64,000 nt of DNA, from the NCBI GenBank assembly GCA_965223795.1, contig CBDCXL010000002.1, positions 1,984,001 to 2,048,000 on the forward strand, written 5' to 3'. This DNA comes from Nitrospinales bacterium (GTDB lineage Bacteria; Nitrospinota; Nitrospinia; Nitrospinales; VA-1). The position numbers and the translations under genes are program-made. The notes beneath the pieces are model-generated. The model saw only the letters and a program-made list of their open reading frames with translations. It made no database searches and had not been told where the DNA came from. Below are positions 1 to 10,193 of the stretch, one piece after another (positions within the stretch are counted from its first letter, which is position 1; every line of letters starts with the position of its first letter).

Positions 1-2
1 AA

Positions 3-2933
3 ATCGATGATGGATTTCCCTTCCTCCTCCAGGGACTGATCGGCGGGGGGTGTCGTTGGCGGCATCGGCTTGAGGGGAGGCGGTTCTTCGCTCATGTGGA
101 AATCGTGGCTCGGCGCGGGTTCGGGCGGAGTTTGAAACGAGTCGAAACGCTGCACGGTCGGGGACGGGAGGGTCTCCTGAACGGGAGGCTCGGGTGTCTT
201 GAACGGTGTGAAGCCTTCATAACGGCGGGCCGAGGGCAGGGCCGGGGCCTGCCGTTTCTGTGGCGGTTTTAAAAACTCATCCTGATCCAGATGATAGAAC
301 ATATCCTCCACCGGCTGCGGCGAGCCGTATTGCGATTCGTTTTTTTTGTGAGCCGCGTCGTAGGGAAATTCGCTGCGCGTCAGCAGCCTGGGCAGCTGCA
401 ACTGGCGCAGGTTGAAATAACGGAACACCCGGTAGCTGCTGCTTTTGCTTTGCAGCGCGGCCAGTTCTTTTTTGTTCAGAAACCGCGTGCTCTTGGGCGG
501 CACCTCCGCCTGAATCGGGATTCCCGCTTCCGTGACCAGCTGCTTGAGCTGGAATTCCGGGGGGACGTGGTTGTCCGCTTTCAGTCCGGTGAGAAACTGT
601 TTCGCATCGAAGATGGAACGCTTGTTCGGGTCGCCCAGTCCCAGCGCCAGCTGGCTCTCGTGGCAGCTTTCACAACTGCGCACTTTTTTGCGGATCGTGT
701 GCGGGGCGTGCGGCAGCAGGACCATGCCCGGTTTGCCGTCGGCGGTGCGAAAGACCTTGGCCCTTTGCGACGGCGCGGCTTTCGGGGCGGACCGTTCGGT
801 GAAGAAATACTGGTAGCGCGGTTTGAGAATCGAGTATTTGCCGCGGTGGTTTTTGCCGAGCAGCATCGTGCCCCAGCTGGATTCGGTGAGGACGTCCCAC
901 AGCAGCCCGTCGATCCAGTCGCCTTCAACTTTTTCCGGCCGCGAACGGGCGGTGGTCCAGTCGAGCATGCGCGTGGATTCACCGGCCGCTTTATTGTTCG
1001 ACAGGATCTGCTTGAGCGTCGGATCGGTGAAGTTCCAGTCCTTCCAGCGGGCAAGATCGGGCGCCGTTTCTTCGATGAGGTGCAGGCCCCATTCGCTGGC
1101 GGACCAGCGGGCGTGGCAGGCGTGGCATTCCACGGACTTCATGTGCTGGGCGACCTGGTGCGCGGGAGGCGGCTTGATCTCCTTGAGGATCGGGATGGAA
1201 TGTTTTTTCCCGGTCACTTTGGAAAACAGCACCCACTGGTTTTTGTCGCGCTTGATGTGCGGCATTTTGACGCCCTGGGCGGTGACCAGGATGGAGTCGC
1301 CGGAACGCACTTTTTTCACCAGATTGGGATTGCGCTTCAGGCGCTCGAAGATGGGCTTGGCGCTGGGGTCGGACTTGAGCAGCAGGTATTCCTCCGGGCC
1401 CTTGCGGTGCGTGCCGTGGCAGTCCTCGCAGCGGGTCTGCACCCGTGAGTGCCGTTCGGCGTCGAGGGGCGCGCCCTTGATGTCCTCGGAACCGTGGCAG
1501 TCGATGCAGTGCATGCCGCGTTCGCGGTGGATGTCCGGCACCAGAAATTCGTGTTCGGCTCCGTAGAGTACGGGTTTTTCCGCGTCGATCTTGGCGCGCG
1601 CGGGTTTGGGCCTTGCGGGAATTTGAAACAGGCCTTCGTACTCGCTGCCCACGCCGTTGTTGTTGTGGCAGTGTTCGCACTGCACGCTGGGCACGGCCAG
1701 GGTGAACTTGTGGATCACCGGATAGCCGCGCGGCGATTCGAGGGCGCGCGCTGCTTTGTCGGTGCGGAAGCGGGAGCCCTGCTTTTTGGCGTTCTGACGC
1801 TGCTTGCTCTGAATGGTCGGGTCGCGTGTGAGGGACGTGCCGTCGTTGCTGTACACCATATGGCAGGCGGCGCAGCCGGTGGCGCGGTAATCTCCCGGCC
1901 GGTGCGGCGCGCTGCCCTGGATGTGGCAGCGCAGACACTTGGTCCTTAAAAACCGGTCCGCGGCGTGGCCTTTTTTCACCGAGGGCAAAGGTTTTTCCTT
2001 GCTTTTCGCATCGGGCAAAAGCGAATGGGTGGACTTGCCGTAAGGCTCGGCTCCCCACGCATAGCGGGTGGTGTTGATGATCCCCGCGGCGGTGGTCATC
2101 GGCGAGCGTTTCACCTTGTCGATCTGGTCGGCGTGGCATTTGCCGCAGAATTTCTGCGCGTGGTTGAGATCCGAGGGGTTGGACACCATTCCCTTGTGCG
2201 CGGATTTCATGGTTTTCGCACGCCGGTTGCCGGCATGGCATTTGGTGCAGCGGAAACGGTGGTTGGGGCTGATTTCCTCAATGCCGTCGTGGCAGCTGAG
2301 GCAGCCGGTGCCTTTTTCCAGATTGACGATGCGGCCGAACACATCTTCCATGGAAAAGTTGGAGTTGCGGTAGAAGTTTTCGATGAAATGAGTGGAATCG
2401 GCGTAGGAGTAAAAGCGCAGTCCGTCCACGGTCACACCCGGCTCCAGCACTTTGGGGGAGTTTTCCTGAAAGCCGCGCACCGGGAAGAACGGATCGCGAA
2501 AGTCCCCTGCGTCGAGAAAGGGAGTTTCCTCAAGCGGCGGCACGGTCACCATGCGCTTTTCATGCTGCGGCGGCGCAAGCGGGTCGGGCTGCGGCGCCGG
2601 GATGGGTGCGGGAAACGCCTGGGGAGGCGCCGGGACGGGCGCGGCGTAGGGTTCCTCTGTGATCGTGGATTCGGTGATGCCGCTTTCCTGCTTTTCAAAC
2701 GCCTCGGAGGGCAGGGGCCAGGGAAACGCCTCTTCGTTTTTAGCGGGCGTTTCCGGTTCGCTGGAAGTTTCCTGCCGACTGCCGGTGTCGCGCGGAACGC
2801 CGGAGGCGTCGAGCTCGTACGAATCTTTCCATTCGAACGTCTTTGTTTCCTGAGCCACGCCGCGCCCGAGGACCGCAAGGGCCAGCAGGGCGGCGGCAAG
2901 AACAAGCCATGCGAATTTTCGCGAAGGGGTCAT
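3..2933 (-). CDS. Multiheme c-type cytochrome (10 CxxCH in window), 3' end runs off the window
   Basis: Translated by hand. ATG at 2933 overlaps the upstream TGA (ATGA). N-terminus MTPSRKFAWLVLAAALLALAVLGRGVAQ is signal-peptide-like. Motifs read in frame: CLSCH, CTKCH, CGKCH, CLRCH, CAACH, CEHCH, CIDCH, CEDCH, CHACH, CESCH. Absent from the ORF track, consistent with no stop before position 1. Confidence 0.9.
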   Translation of the reverse strand, partial: MTPSRKFAWLVLAAALLALAVLGRGVAQETKTFEWKDSYELDASGVPRDTGSRQETSSEPETPAKNEEAFPWPLPSEAFEKQESGITESTITEEPYAAPVPAPPQAFPAPIPAPQPDPLAPPQHEKRMVTVPPLEETPFLDAGDFRDPFFPVRGFQENSPKVLEPGVTVDGLRFYSYADSTHFIENFYRNSNFSMEDVFGRIVNLEKGTGCLSCHDGIEEISPNHRFRCTKCHAGNRRAKTMKSAHKGMVSNPSDLNHAQKFCGKCHADQIDKVKRSPMTTAAGIINTTRYAWGAEPYGKSTHSLLPDAKSKEKPLPSVKKGHAADRFLRTKCLRCHIQGSAPHRPGDYRATGCAACHMVYSNDGTSLTRDPTIQSKQRQNAKKQGSRFRTDKAARALESPRGYPVIHKFTLAVPSVQCEHCHNNNGVGSEYEGLFQIPARPKPARAKIDAEKPVLYGAEHEFLVPDIHRERGMHCIDCHGSEDIKGAPLDAERHSRVQTRCEDCHGTHRKGPEEYLLLKSDPSAKPIFERLKRNPNLVKKVRSGDSILVTAQGVKMPHIKRDKNQWVLFSKVTGKKHSIPILKEIKPPPAHQVAQHMKSVECHACHARWSASEWGLHLIEETAPDLARWKDWNFTDPTLKQILSNNKAAGESTRMLDWTTARSRPEKVEGDWIDGLLWDVLTESSWGTMLLGKNHRGKYSILKPRYQYFFTERSAPKAAPSQRAKVFRTADGKPGMVLLPHAPHTIRKKVRSCESCHESQLALGLGDPNKRSIFDAKQFLTGLKADNHVPPEFQLKQLVTEAGIPIQAEVPPKSTRFLNKKELAALQSKSSSYRVFRYFNLRQLQLPRLLTRSEFPYDAAHKKNESQYGSPQPVEDMFYHLDQDEFLKPPQKRQAPALPSARRYEGFTPFKTPEPPVQETLPSPTVQRFDSFQTPPEPAPSHDFHMSEEPPPLKPMPPTTPPADQSLEEEGKSIID

Positions 2934-5089
2934 CGTTTGTTCAGGATTTTCTTGCGCAGTTTGCGGTGCGCCAGCTTGTTTTCGAACCGGTAACTTTTCT
3001 GAATGTCGCGGTAGATCTTATCGCTGTACGCATCGTGGCAGGGGATGCAGTTTCCCACCCTGAGGATGCGCGCGATCTCTTTCTGGTTGAACGGCCGCGC
3101 TCCGGGCTGGCTGCTGCCGGCCACGGGCTGACCGCGGACCGTCGTTTTCGTGTCGGGGGCGACGTCGGCAGTGCGCTTGACCTGGTTGGACCGGTTGACC
3201 GGCGCAAAGGCGTCGTTTTTCCCGGACGTGCTGCGGTGCAGCTCAAGGTCCCCGTCACCGAGTCCCAGCGCCTTGGGAGAAAGGTGGCAGCTGGCGCAGG
3301 AACGGACTTTTTCCCCGACCGAATGCGGATTGAGGGCGTAGACCCGGTTGGCTCCCGAATAACCGTGCGGGTTGGTGAACACCCATTCGCGGTAACGGCC
3401 CAGCGGCGTACCCTCCCGCGCGAGGGCGGAGACGGGATTGCCCCGCTCGTCGAGCACGGTGACGGCCCTTTGCGGTTGCGACAGCATGGGGGCGACTTTG
3501 CCGCGCGGTCCGATCATGAGCTGTGGCGGCTCCACTTCCAGAGAATAAGATGCGCTGCCCCAAAGCGCGGACGGAGCCTTGGAACCGGCCGGTGCGATTT
3601 CCGCCTGGTCGAGCGCGTTGTGGCATCCGGAACATTTGGGCACCCATTGCGAGTGACAGGCGGTGCATTCGAGTTTTTTAATGTGGGCCGGGATCACGTG
3701 CGCGTTTTTGCTTTTGTGCAGCGTCGGGGTTTTGAATTTTTTTCCGCTGATCTTCCCCAAAGTCCACAGCGTGCCTTTTTCCAGTTTCACGTTGGTCATT
3801 TTATTTTTGCGTGAAGTCAGGGCCATGCGGTCCTTGAGGGCGTTTCCCCAGGGGTAATGGCGGCTCAATCGGATGACGCGGTCTGACGGGTCGGTCACCT
3901 GCGCGAAGGCCGGCGGCGTGCCGCCGTCGCCGTGACAGGTTTCGCAACGGATTTCAACGGCCTGATATTGCTTGGAGTAGAGGTTGCCGTCGCCCATGAT
4001 ATCAAACTGGGTATGGCAGTCAATACAATCGAATCCTTTGGCGATGTGCACGTCTTCCTTGTGTTTGCCCGCGCCGGGAAACGAAAGCGACCGCAGTCCC
4101 GCATCGCCGTCCTTTTGCGGATTGGATTTTCCCGCGGCGGGGTCGAACGCGAGGTGACACTGGCTGCAGATGACGCTCGGCGTCGACGCGGTCATTGTGT
4201 GGAATCCCGGATGCCCCACTTCGTTTTTGGAGATCGTCGGGTCGGCGCCATGGTAGCGGCCGTCGGGGGCGTAGGTGAAATGGCAGGCGGCGCATCCCTG
4301 GGAGCGGAACGTTCCCGCTGCGGGCTTGGCGTCGAGGTGGCATTGAAAACATTTTTCCCTGAGCAGGTTGTCGGCGATGTGCCGCGACACCCGGTAGGAC
4401 CCCGGCGCCTTCGGAAGGTTTTTGGGGGAGAAAAACGGCAGCGCTTCAAGGGATGGCAGCGCGCCGCGCTTTTCGGGAACCTCGCCGTCAACGTCCTCAA
4501 CGGCGCGGACGCCGTATTTCGCCGTGCGGGTGCTCTGCGCCGCCCATTGGTAGCGCAGGCCGGAAATCACCCCCGCCAGTGTGGCCATGAGGGATTTGTT
4601 GACGCGCTCGATGTGATTGCGGTCGGGGTCGAGGTGGCCGGCGTGGCACTGCTGCTGGCCGCAGCTTTGCGCGGCCACGGACAGCGCCGACGGGTTGCGT
4701 TTTCCGGTGCCCGCATCCGGGTCATAGATCAAACTTGCGTGCGCCTGTTCTTGATCGACCGCCTGGCCGTCGCCTCCGTGACAGACGGTGCAGCCGAATT
4801 CCTTAGGGTGCGAGGCGCTCACCGTTTCGATGCCGTCGTGACAGGTGAGGCAGCGTTCGGTGTATTGGTTGCGGTAGCTGGAGATGCGGACGCCGGGATT
4901 GTCCTTCAAGGTGCCGGTGATTTCGAGTTCCTTGATGCCGAGCGGCTGGCTTGCGCGGGATTTGCTTTTTTTGGCCTGGCTGGCGTTGAACTGTTCCTGC
5001 CAGTATCGCCAGTCCTTTTCGGCGGCCTGGAGGGCGGCGGCTCCCAGGCAGATCAGGATCAATGACAAAATAATGCGGGGGTAGGACAC
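2930..5089 (-). CDS. Multiheme c-type cytochrome (11 CxxCH plus one CX4CH)
   Basis: Signal peptide; CLTCH, CTVCH, CGQQQCH, CFQCH, CAACH, CSQCH, CIDCH, CETCH, CTACH, CSGCH, CASCH, CIPCH. Confidence 0.92.
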   Translation of the reverse strand: MSYPRIILSLILICLGAAALQAAEKDWRYWQEQFNASQAKKSKSRASQPLGIKELEITGTLKDNPGVRISSYRNQYTERCLTCHDGIETVSASHPKEFGCTVCHGGDGQAVDQEQAHASLIYDPDAGTGKRNPSALSVAAQSCGQQQCHAGHLDPDRNHIERVNKSLMATLAGVISGLRYQWAAQSTRTAKYGVRAVEDVDGEVPEKRGALPSLEALPFFSPKNLPKAPGSYRVSRHIADNLLREKCFQCHLDAKPAAGTFRSQGCAACHFTYAPDGRYHGADPTISKNEVGHPGFHTMTASTPSVICSQCHLAFDPAAGKSNPQKDGDAGLRSLSFPGAGKHKEDVHIAKGFDCIDCHTQFDIMGDGNLYSKQYQAVEIRCETCHGDGGTPPAFAQVTDPSDRVIRLSRHYPWGNALKDRMALTSRKNKMTNVKLEKGTLWTLGKISGKKFKTPTLHKSKNAHVIPAHIKKLECTACHSQWVPKCSGCHNALDQAEIAPAGSKAPSALWGSASYSLEVEPPQLMIGPRGKVAPMLSQPQRAVTVLDERGNPVSALAREGTPLGRYREWVFTNPHGYSGANRVYALNPHSVGEKVRSCASCHLSPKALGLGDGDLELHRSTSGKNDAFAPVNRSNQVKRTADVAPDTKTTVRGQPVAGSSQPGARPFNQKEIARILRVGNCIPCHDAYSDKIYRDIQKSYRFENKLAHRKLRKKILNKR

Positions 5090-5157
5090 AAAAATCGTCT
5101 CTTGAGAGGGTGAAGGGCGCGTGCACCGGAGCCGGGTTCCACTTTTTTAAGGCGGAT

Positions 5158-5484
5158 TCATTTGTACACCACCTCCACCCGGTCGAGATAGTTCACCAGC
5201 TCGTTCACCGAAGTTTCAATCCGTTGCGACGCACGCTCCTTGGCGCTTTCCTCCAGGGTCATGCCGATGGCGCTGATGAAATCGAAGCCGTAGCCGGAGC
5301 CTGAGCCCTTCATGGTGTGCCCGGTTCGCTGTATGGTTTCGAAATCGCTCGATTTCAGCGCCTGTTGAATGGCTTCGACGTCTTTTCTCCGGTTGTTGAG
5401 ATAGCCCGGAATCAATTCCTCAAGATCGGGATCGATTTCAACCTGGATCCTGTCCTCATTCTGGCTTTGACCGCTGGTCGTCAT
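5158..5484 (-). CDS. Stand-alone Hpt (histidine phosphotransfer) domain protein
   Basis: 108 aa with the Hpt signature GHTMKGSGSGYGF. Confidence 0.88.
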   Translation of the reverse strand: MTTSGQSQNEDRIQVEIDPDLEELIPGYLNNRRKDVEAIQQALKSSDFETIQRTGHTMKGSGSGYGFDFISAIGMTLEESAKERASQRIETSVNELVNYLDRVEVVYK

Positions 5485-5519
5485 GGTTTACCCTGGATGA
5501 ACGTAACTCAAGACGCCCT

Positions 5520-5548
5520 ATCATAGTTTCTGGAGCTTTTTTTTTCAA
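5520..5548 (-). promoter_or_regulatory. Putative sigma70 promoter for the Hpt gene
   Basis: Minus strand TTGAAA-17 nt-TATGAT. Confidence 0.55.
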
Positions 5549-5587
5549 TACTTGTAATGCATTCATGGACGCCGATGCCTGCGCGAT

Positions 5588-6871
5588 TCATTCTCCTGTG
5601 TGGTGGAACCGGGTGGCGTCTTTTTGCGCAGGTTTTTTGAGGCTGAACCGGGTTTCAAAATCCAGCAGCAGATCCAGCCAGTCTTCCAGCAGGCGCGTCA
5701 TCAGGTATCTGTCTTTCACGGACTGCTGGGCGGCTTTTCCCATTCGGGCGCGCAGGCTGTCGTCCTTCAGCACCTGAACGATGCGCTCGGCGGCGTCGTC
5801 CACCGAATCCACGAGAAAACCGCTGACCTCGTTTTCGATCTGCAGCGGGATGCCGCCCACGTTGCCGCCGATCACCACGGCCTGTTTCCACATGGCCTCG
5901 GTGACGGTCAGCCCAAAACCTTCGCGCAGGGATTTCTGCAACACCACATGCGATTTTCTCTGCAAGGCGTTGACCAGCGAGGTGTCCTGCCGCGCCAGGA
6001 TGACGATGCGTTCGTCCTGCTCCCCCAGAAGCGATTCGTACACTTCCTGTCCTTCCGGATCGTCGCTGGCCATGTCGCCAAGCAGCACGAGGGTGGCGTC
6101 CACTTGCTTGCGGGCCTTTTTGAACGCCTGGATCACGCCGAGGGGATCCTTGAAGCGGTCGAAGCGGGAAATCTGCGTCACGATCGGAAGGTCCGTGGGA
6201 ATGCCGTAGTGATTCAGCCGCTCATCGATTTCTGTGTCCGAGAGGGGCAGGTTTTTGATGATGAACGGATCGATGGCGGGGCGGAAGTAGCGGGTCGGGA
6301 TGTCGAGCTTCACGCCCTGTTTTTTTGTGAAAATGCCGGCGTCGTACCGGTGGATCGCGGGTTTTAAAAAATCCCAGACAGAAGGTTCCGGTTCGGTCAG
6401 ATCCAGATGGCAACGCCAGATCCAGGGGCCGGTTTTCTGGTAATGGTGGATCAGAAACAGCGGCTGCGGATCGTGAACGACCACGAAATCCGCTTTGAGA
6501 TCCATGCGAATGGAATTTTCGTGGGTCGTGTGCTCGTAAATTTCTTTTTTCAGTTCGGTCATGTGGATCGAGTGACCCTGCAGCGCGTTGTGGAATTTTT
6601 TCGTCAAAGAAAAGAAGTCGCCGCTGCCAAACAGCAGGCGCCAGTCCGTGCGGATGCCCACTCCGTTCATCAGCAGGACCAGTGAGGACAACAGCTCGGC
6701 CACGCCGCCCCCAGAATAGGTGCTGTTGACGTGTATCAGTTTTTTGCCTTTGAGCGGTTCGGCTTTTTTCAGGATCCGGTCCACGGTTTCGTCGCCGACG
6801 AATTGCCGGTACTGGTTGATGTCGGTCCGCTGCTGAGTGTAAGAATGAAAGTCCTCGGGTTTCTGAAGCAT
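5588..6871 (-). CDS. treT: GT4 glycosyltransferase, trehalose synthase TreT-like
   Basis: HVNSTYSGGGVAELL, VHDPQP, WIWRCHLD, QISRFDRFKDP, QKSLREGFGLTVTEAMWK; lies downstream of treYZ. Confidence 0.85.
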   Translation of the reverse strand: MLQKPEDFHSYTQQRTDINQYRQFVGDETVDRILKKAEPLKGKKLIHVNSTYSGGGVAELLSSLVLLMNGVGIRTDWRLLFGSGDFFSLTKKFHNALQGHSIHMTELKKEIYEHTTHENSIRMDLKADFVVVHDPQPLFLIHHYQKTGPWIWRCHLDLTEPEPSVWDFLKPAIHRYDAGIFTKKQGVKLDIPTRYFRPAIDPFIIKNLPLSDTEIDERLNHYGIPTDLPIVTQISRFDRFKDPLGVIQAFKKARKQVDATLVLLGDMASDDPEGQEVYESLLGEQDERIVILARQDTSLVNALQRKSHVVLQKSLREGFGLTVTEAMWKQAVVIGGNVGGIPLQIENEVSGFLVDSVDDAAERIVQVLKDDSLRARMGKAAQQSVKDRYLMTRLLEDWLDLLLDFETRFSLKKPAQKDATRFHHTGE

Positions 6872-7045
6872 AAATGACCTTTGTCTGGATGAACGGTTTC
6901 TGAAGGGGGCCGCATGGGAGCGGCCGCACCTTGCCAGATTCGTTTAATGGGGTAAAACCCGTTATTATATCCAAACCCATGCAGAAGACAATCGTTCCCA
7001 CTTCAATTTGAAGCGTTGTGTGACAGGATCCGCGGTGTTGAGGAT

Positions 7046-10000
7046 TCAGGGGGATTCAGGCTCGGTGAGCAGCGCCAGGGGCAAAAACGAAAACACGTCC
7101 CTGACCGGCAGCCGCACGGTTTCGCCATCGGGGAAAAGAGAGTGGTGCTTGTGGGTGAACAGATCGAAAAGACGGCTTCGTTCCTGAAATGCCGGGGGCA
7201 GTACAATTGCGGTGTCTTTCCACACCGATTCGCCGACCGGCCATTTGAGGTCCGGCTCCATCAGGCCGGCTGCCAGCCGGGGAACCGCCGTCAGGCTGAA
7301 CTGCTGGTTGTGCTGGCGCAAAAAAGCAATGACGTGGTCGGCGCGTTCTCCCTCCACCTGCAAGGGGAGATAATCCCCCTGTAAAAACAGGGCAGGCATC
7401 CGCCTGCGGAAACGCAGTCCGCAGACCGTGACGAACAGCTTGATGCGGCCGTCCCACCAGTCGTTGAGCAGCGCGAACACCGCCGAAAGGTGGCGGGCCG
7501 GATCGGACGCGGGCGCGTCGAACAGGGGTCCCATCTCTTCAAGGTACCGCCGGCGGCGGTCAAAATCGACGGGATTGCGGTTGTCCGGATCGACGAGGCT
7601 GAGATCCCACAGCTCCGAACCCTGAAAAAAATCCGGGATTCCAGGAGACGTGATCTTGAGCAGCACCTGGGCGAGGGAATTGACGACGCCCATTTTCGCG
7701 ATGCGTTCCTGAAACGGCAGGAAGGAATCGAAAAAACGGTTCGACTTTGCGGGCGCCAGGGTCTTCTCGATGAATTTGGTGAGGGCCGCATCGTAGGCCT
7801 CGTTGGGGTTGATCCAGCTGGTCTGGGTCTTGGCTTCCTTGGCGGCTTTGTGCATGTAGGTCAGAAGCCGTTCGATCAGCCGGTCTCTGGAAACCGTTTC
7901 CGCCGGGCCGGGGGGCCACATGCCGACGAGGGTCTGATAGAACAGGTATTCGACGTTGCGGTCGGGGACGTGCACGTCGTCCACCAGCGTGCGCTTGCCG
8001 CGGTTGATCAGCGACCAGCGTCGCAGCGCCTTGCGCCAGTCTTCCGGGATCTCCGAGAGGACGTTCAGCCGCGCGCGCACGTCTTCGCCGCGTTTGTGAT
8101 CGTGGGTGGCGGTGGCGGTGAGGGTCTTGGGCCAGAGTTTCTGCCTGCGTTTGTTTCTGTTGTGAAACAGCGAAGGCGTCACCCCGAAGCGCTGCGGCCG
8201 TCCGCCCACTTCGTTTAAGGAAAGCAGGCGGTTGTAGCGGTAAAAGGCGGTGTCCTCCAGGCCTTTGGCCTGCACCGGGGCGGTGAACTGCTGCAGTTTC
8301 ATGATGAAGTCCCGGCGTTTTTCTATCTGGTCGTGGGTCAGCCCATCATGGGAAAGCGGCAGCAGAACGGTTTTTAAAAAATCAAAAATGGTGGGTTCGA
8401 GAACCGGATTTCTGCGGCGCGCACGGGCGATGGATTTTTCCAGCGTTTCGCGGTCGCCCGGATCGATGCCGGAAGCGTCGACATAAGTCCGGTAGATGGG
8501 AAAGCAGGCGACGGTTTCGGTGAGGGCTTCGCGCAGACTGTTCAGAGTGAAGTCGCGGGAATGCCGGTCCTCTTCGGAAATCTGGTTGAGCGCGCGCACG
8601 AGCACATTGAGTTCGCTGGTGAGCGCGGTCTGGATGATGAGCTTTTTGCTCTGGTACACGATTTCACTGAAGTGAGCGGTGTTGCCGGTGTAACGCGCAT
8701 AGATTTTGCTGAATTCGTTTTCCCGGCTGGAGTCGACGAACAGTCCGTTCACCTCGTTCATGAAATCGTAACCGGAGGTGCCGTGGATGGACCAGTGATC
8801 GGGAAGGGATTCCCCCCCGGTGAGGATCTTTTCCGCGACCAGGTACAGCGGGCGCACAACCGGACCCTGCGGGTCGCTTTCCTTCTCTTTTTTTCGCCAT
8901 TGCGCGACCAGGTCGCGGAACGTGGCGTCTTCCAGCGAGGCCAGTTTGCCGCCGTGAGCCGTGTGCTCGAGCAGCACCGCTTCCTGCAGCCGGTCGAAAT
9001 AGGCGTTGGGATTGAACAGTCCGTCAGGATGGTCCAGCCGCAGCCCGGTTATCTTGCCTTCGCCGATCAGGCGCACGATCAGGGCGTGGGTTTTTTCGAA
9101 CACCTGCGGCAGTTCCATGCGGATGCCGGCGAGGTGGTTGATGTCGAAAAAACGCCGGTAATTGATTTCGTGCGCCGCGGTGCGCCAGTTCGACAACCGG
9201 TAGACCTGTTGCTCCAACAGTTCGTGCAGCAGATCGAAGCTTTCCGGCTGCCCTGGAATTCCGTTTAACCGGCGCACGTTTTGCAGGACGTGTTCGCGAA
9301 CGGGTACGGATTCGTTCATCAACCGTTTCAGGCGTTCGCGGCTCACGCCTTTTTCGCGTGTGCGCGCTTCGATTTTTTCTATATCCCTTTCCAGCGGAGA
9401 GGGAAGATTGCGGAGCGCGGTGAGGATGCTTAAAAATTCCTGCAGGTGCGGGTCGTCTTCCGGCAATTCTTTTTTCAGGGCATCGAGATCGTGAGAAAGG
9501 ATGAGGGGAATCGACCGGGGGTTGAGGGGCAGGTGATGGTCAAAATATTCTATGTGAAACCCGCCTTCATCCGTTTTCAGATCCAGTTCCCCGCGGTCCA
9601 GAACCACGCCGTACTGGTCGCCCAGAATCGGCAGCAGGATTTTGCCTTTCAGCTCGGCTTTGCCGGGATTCCAGTCGATGTCGAATGCGTCGGCGTGCGG
9701 GGAGCACTGCCCGTTTTCCAGCACGTCCTGCCACCATTGATTTTCAAAACTGATGCCCATGTGATTGGGCACGAAATCGAGGATGTGCCCCATTTTCAGG
9801 CGGGAAAGTTCTTCCACGAACCGGTTCAGACCGGGCTCGCCGCCCAGCTCCGGGTTGATGCGGGTGTAGTCGGTGATGTCGTACCCGTGCGGGGAATCCT
9901 TGCCGGCGGCGAGGTAAGGCGAGGCGTAGCAATGGGTGACGCCGAGCGCCGCCAGGTAGGGAACGATGGAACAGGCCTGGTCGAAATCGAACTGTCTGTT

Positions 10001-10114
10001 GAGCTGCAAGCGGTAGGTGCTCAGGGGAAAGCGCGATTTTTCCGCAAGCGCCTGCTTGACGCTTTCAAGCTGATCCTTGAATGGAGTGATGTTTTTTCCC
10101 GGTCGAATGTTCAT
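7046..10114 (-). CDS. treY: Malto-oligosyltrehalose synthase
   Basis: STYRLQL, HGYDITD, LDFVPNHMG, INYRRFFDIN, GLRLDHPDGL, THDHKRGEDVRAR, SLVDPDNR. Confidence 0.95.
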   Translation of the reverse strand: MNIRPGKNITPFKDQLESVKQALAEKSRFPLSTYRLQLNRQFDFDQACSIVPYLAALGVTHCYASPYLAAGKDSPHGYDITDYTRINPELGGEPGLNRFVEELSRLKMGHILDFVPNHMGISFENQWWQDVLENGQCSPHADAFDIDWNPGKAELKGKILLPILGDQYGVVLDRGELDLKTDEGGFHIEYFDHHLPLNPRSIPLILSHDLDALKKELPEDDPHLQEFLSILTALRNLPSPLERDIEKIEARTREKGVSRERLKRLMNESVPVREHVLQNVRRLNGIPGQPESFDLLHELLEQQVYRLSNWRTAAHEINYRRFFDINHLAGIRMELPQVFEKTHALIVRLIGEGKITGLRLDHPDGLFNPNAYFDRLQEAVLLEHTAHGGKLASLEDATFRDLVAQWRKKEKESDPQGPVVRPLYLVAEKILTGGESLPDHWSIHGTSGYDFMNEVNGLFVDSSRENEFSKIYARYTGNTAHFSEIVYQSKKLIIQTALTSELNVLVRALNQISEEDRHSRDFTLNSLREALTETVACFPIYRTYVDASGIDPGDRETLEKSIARARRRNPVLEPTIFDFLKTVLLPLSHDGLTHDQIEKRRDFIMKLQQFTAPVQAKGLEDTAFYRYNRLLSLNEVGGRPQRFGVTPSLFHNRNKRRQKLWPKTLTATATHDHKRGEDVRARLNVLSEIPEDWRKALRRWSLINRGKRTLVDDVHVPDRNVEYLFYQTLVGMWPPGPAETVSRDRLIERLLTYMHKAAKEAKTQTSWINPNEAYDAALTKFIEKTLAPAKSNRFFDSFLPFQERIAKMGVVNSLAQVLLKITSPGIPDFFQGSELWDLSLVDPDNRNPVDFDRRRRYLEEMGPLFDAPASDPARHLSAVFALLNDWWDGRIKLFVTVCGLRFRRRMPALFLQGDYLPLQVEGERADHVIAFLRQHNQQFSLTAVPRLAAGLMEPDLKWPVGESVWKDTAIVLPPAFQERSRLFDLFTHKHHSLFPDGETVRLPVRDVFSFLPLALLTEPESP

Positions 10115-10193
10115 GTTGCCTGGACCCCCTTGGGCACATTCTTTCGTATCCTCGCCGTTCCGTCAAGGGTGCAGGGTCAAAAGCGGCGGGTTG

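Noticed and set aside
291..2993. Long plus-strand ORFs and the minus-strand ORF 991-2241 in the track
   Set aside because: Antisense or off-frame shadows of the real cytochrome gene at 3-2933.
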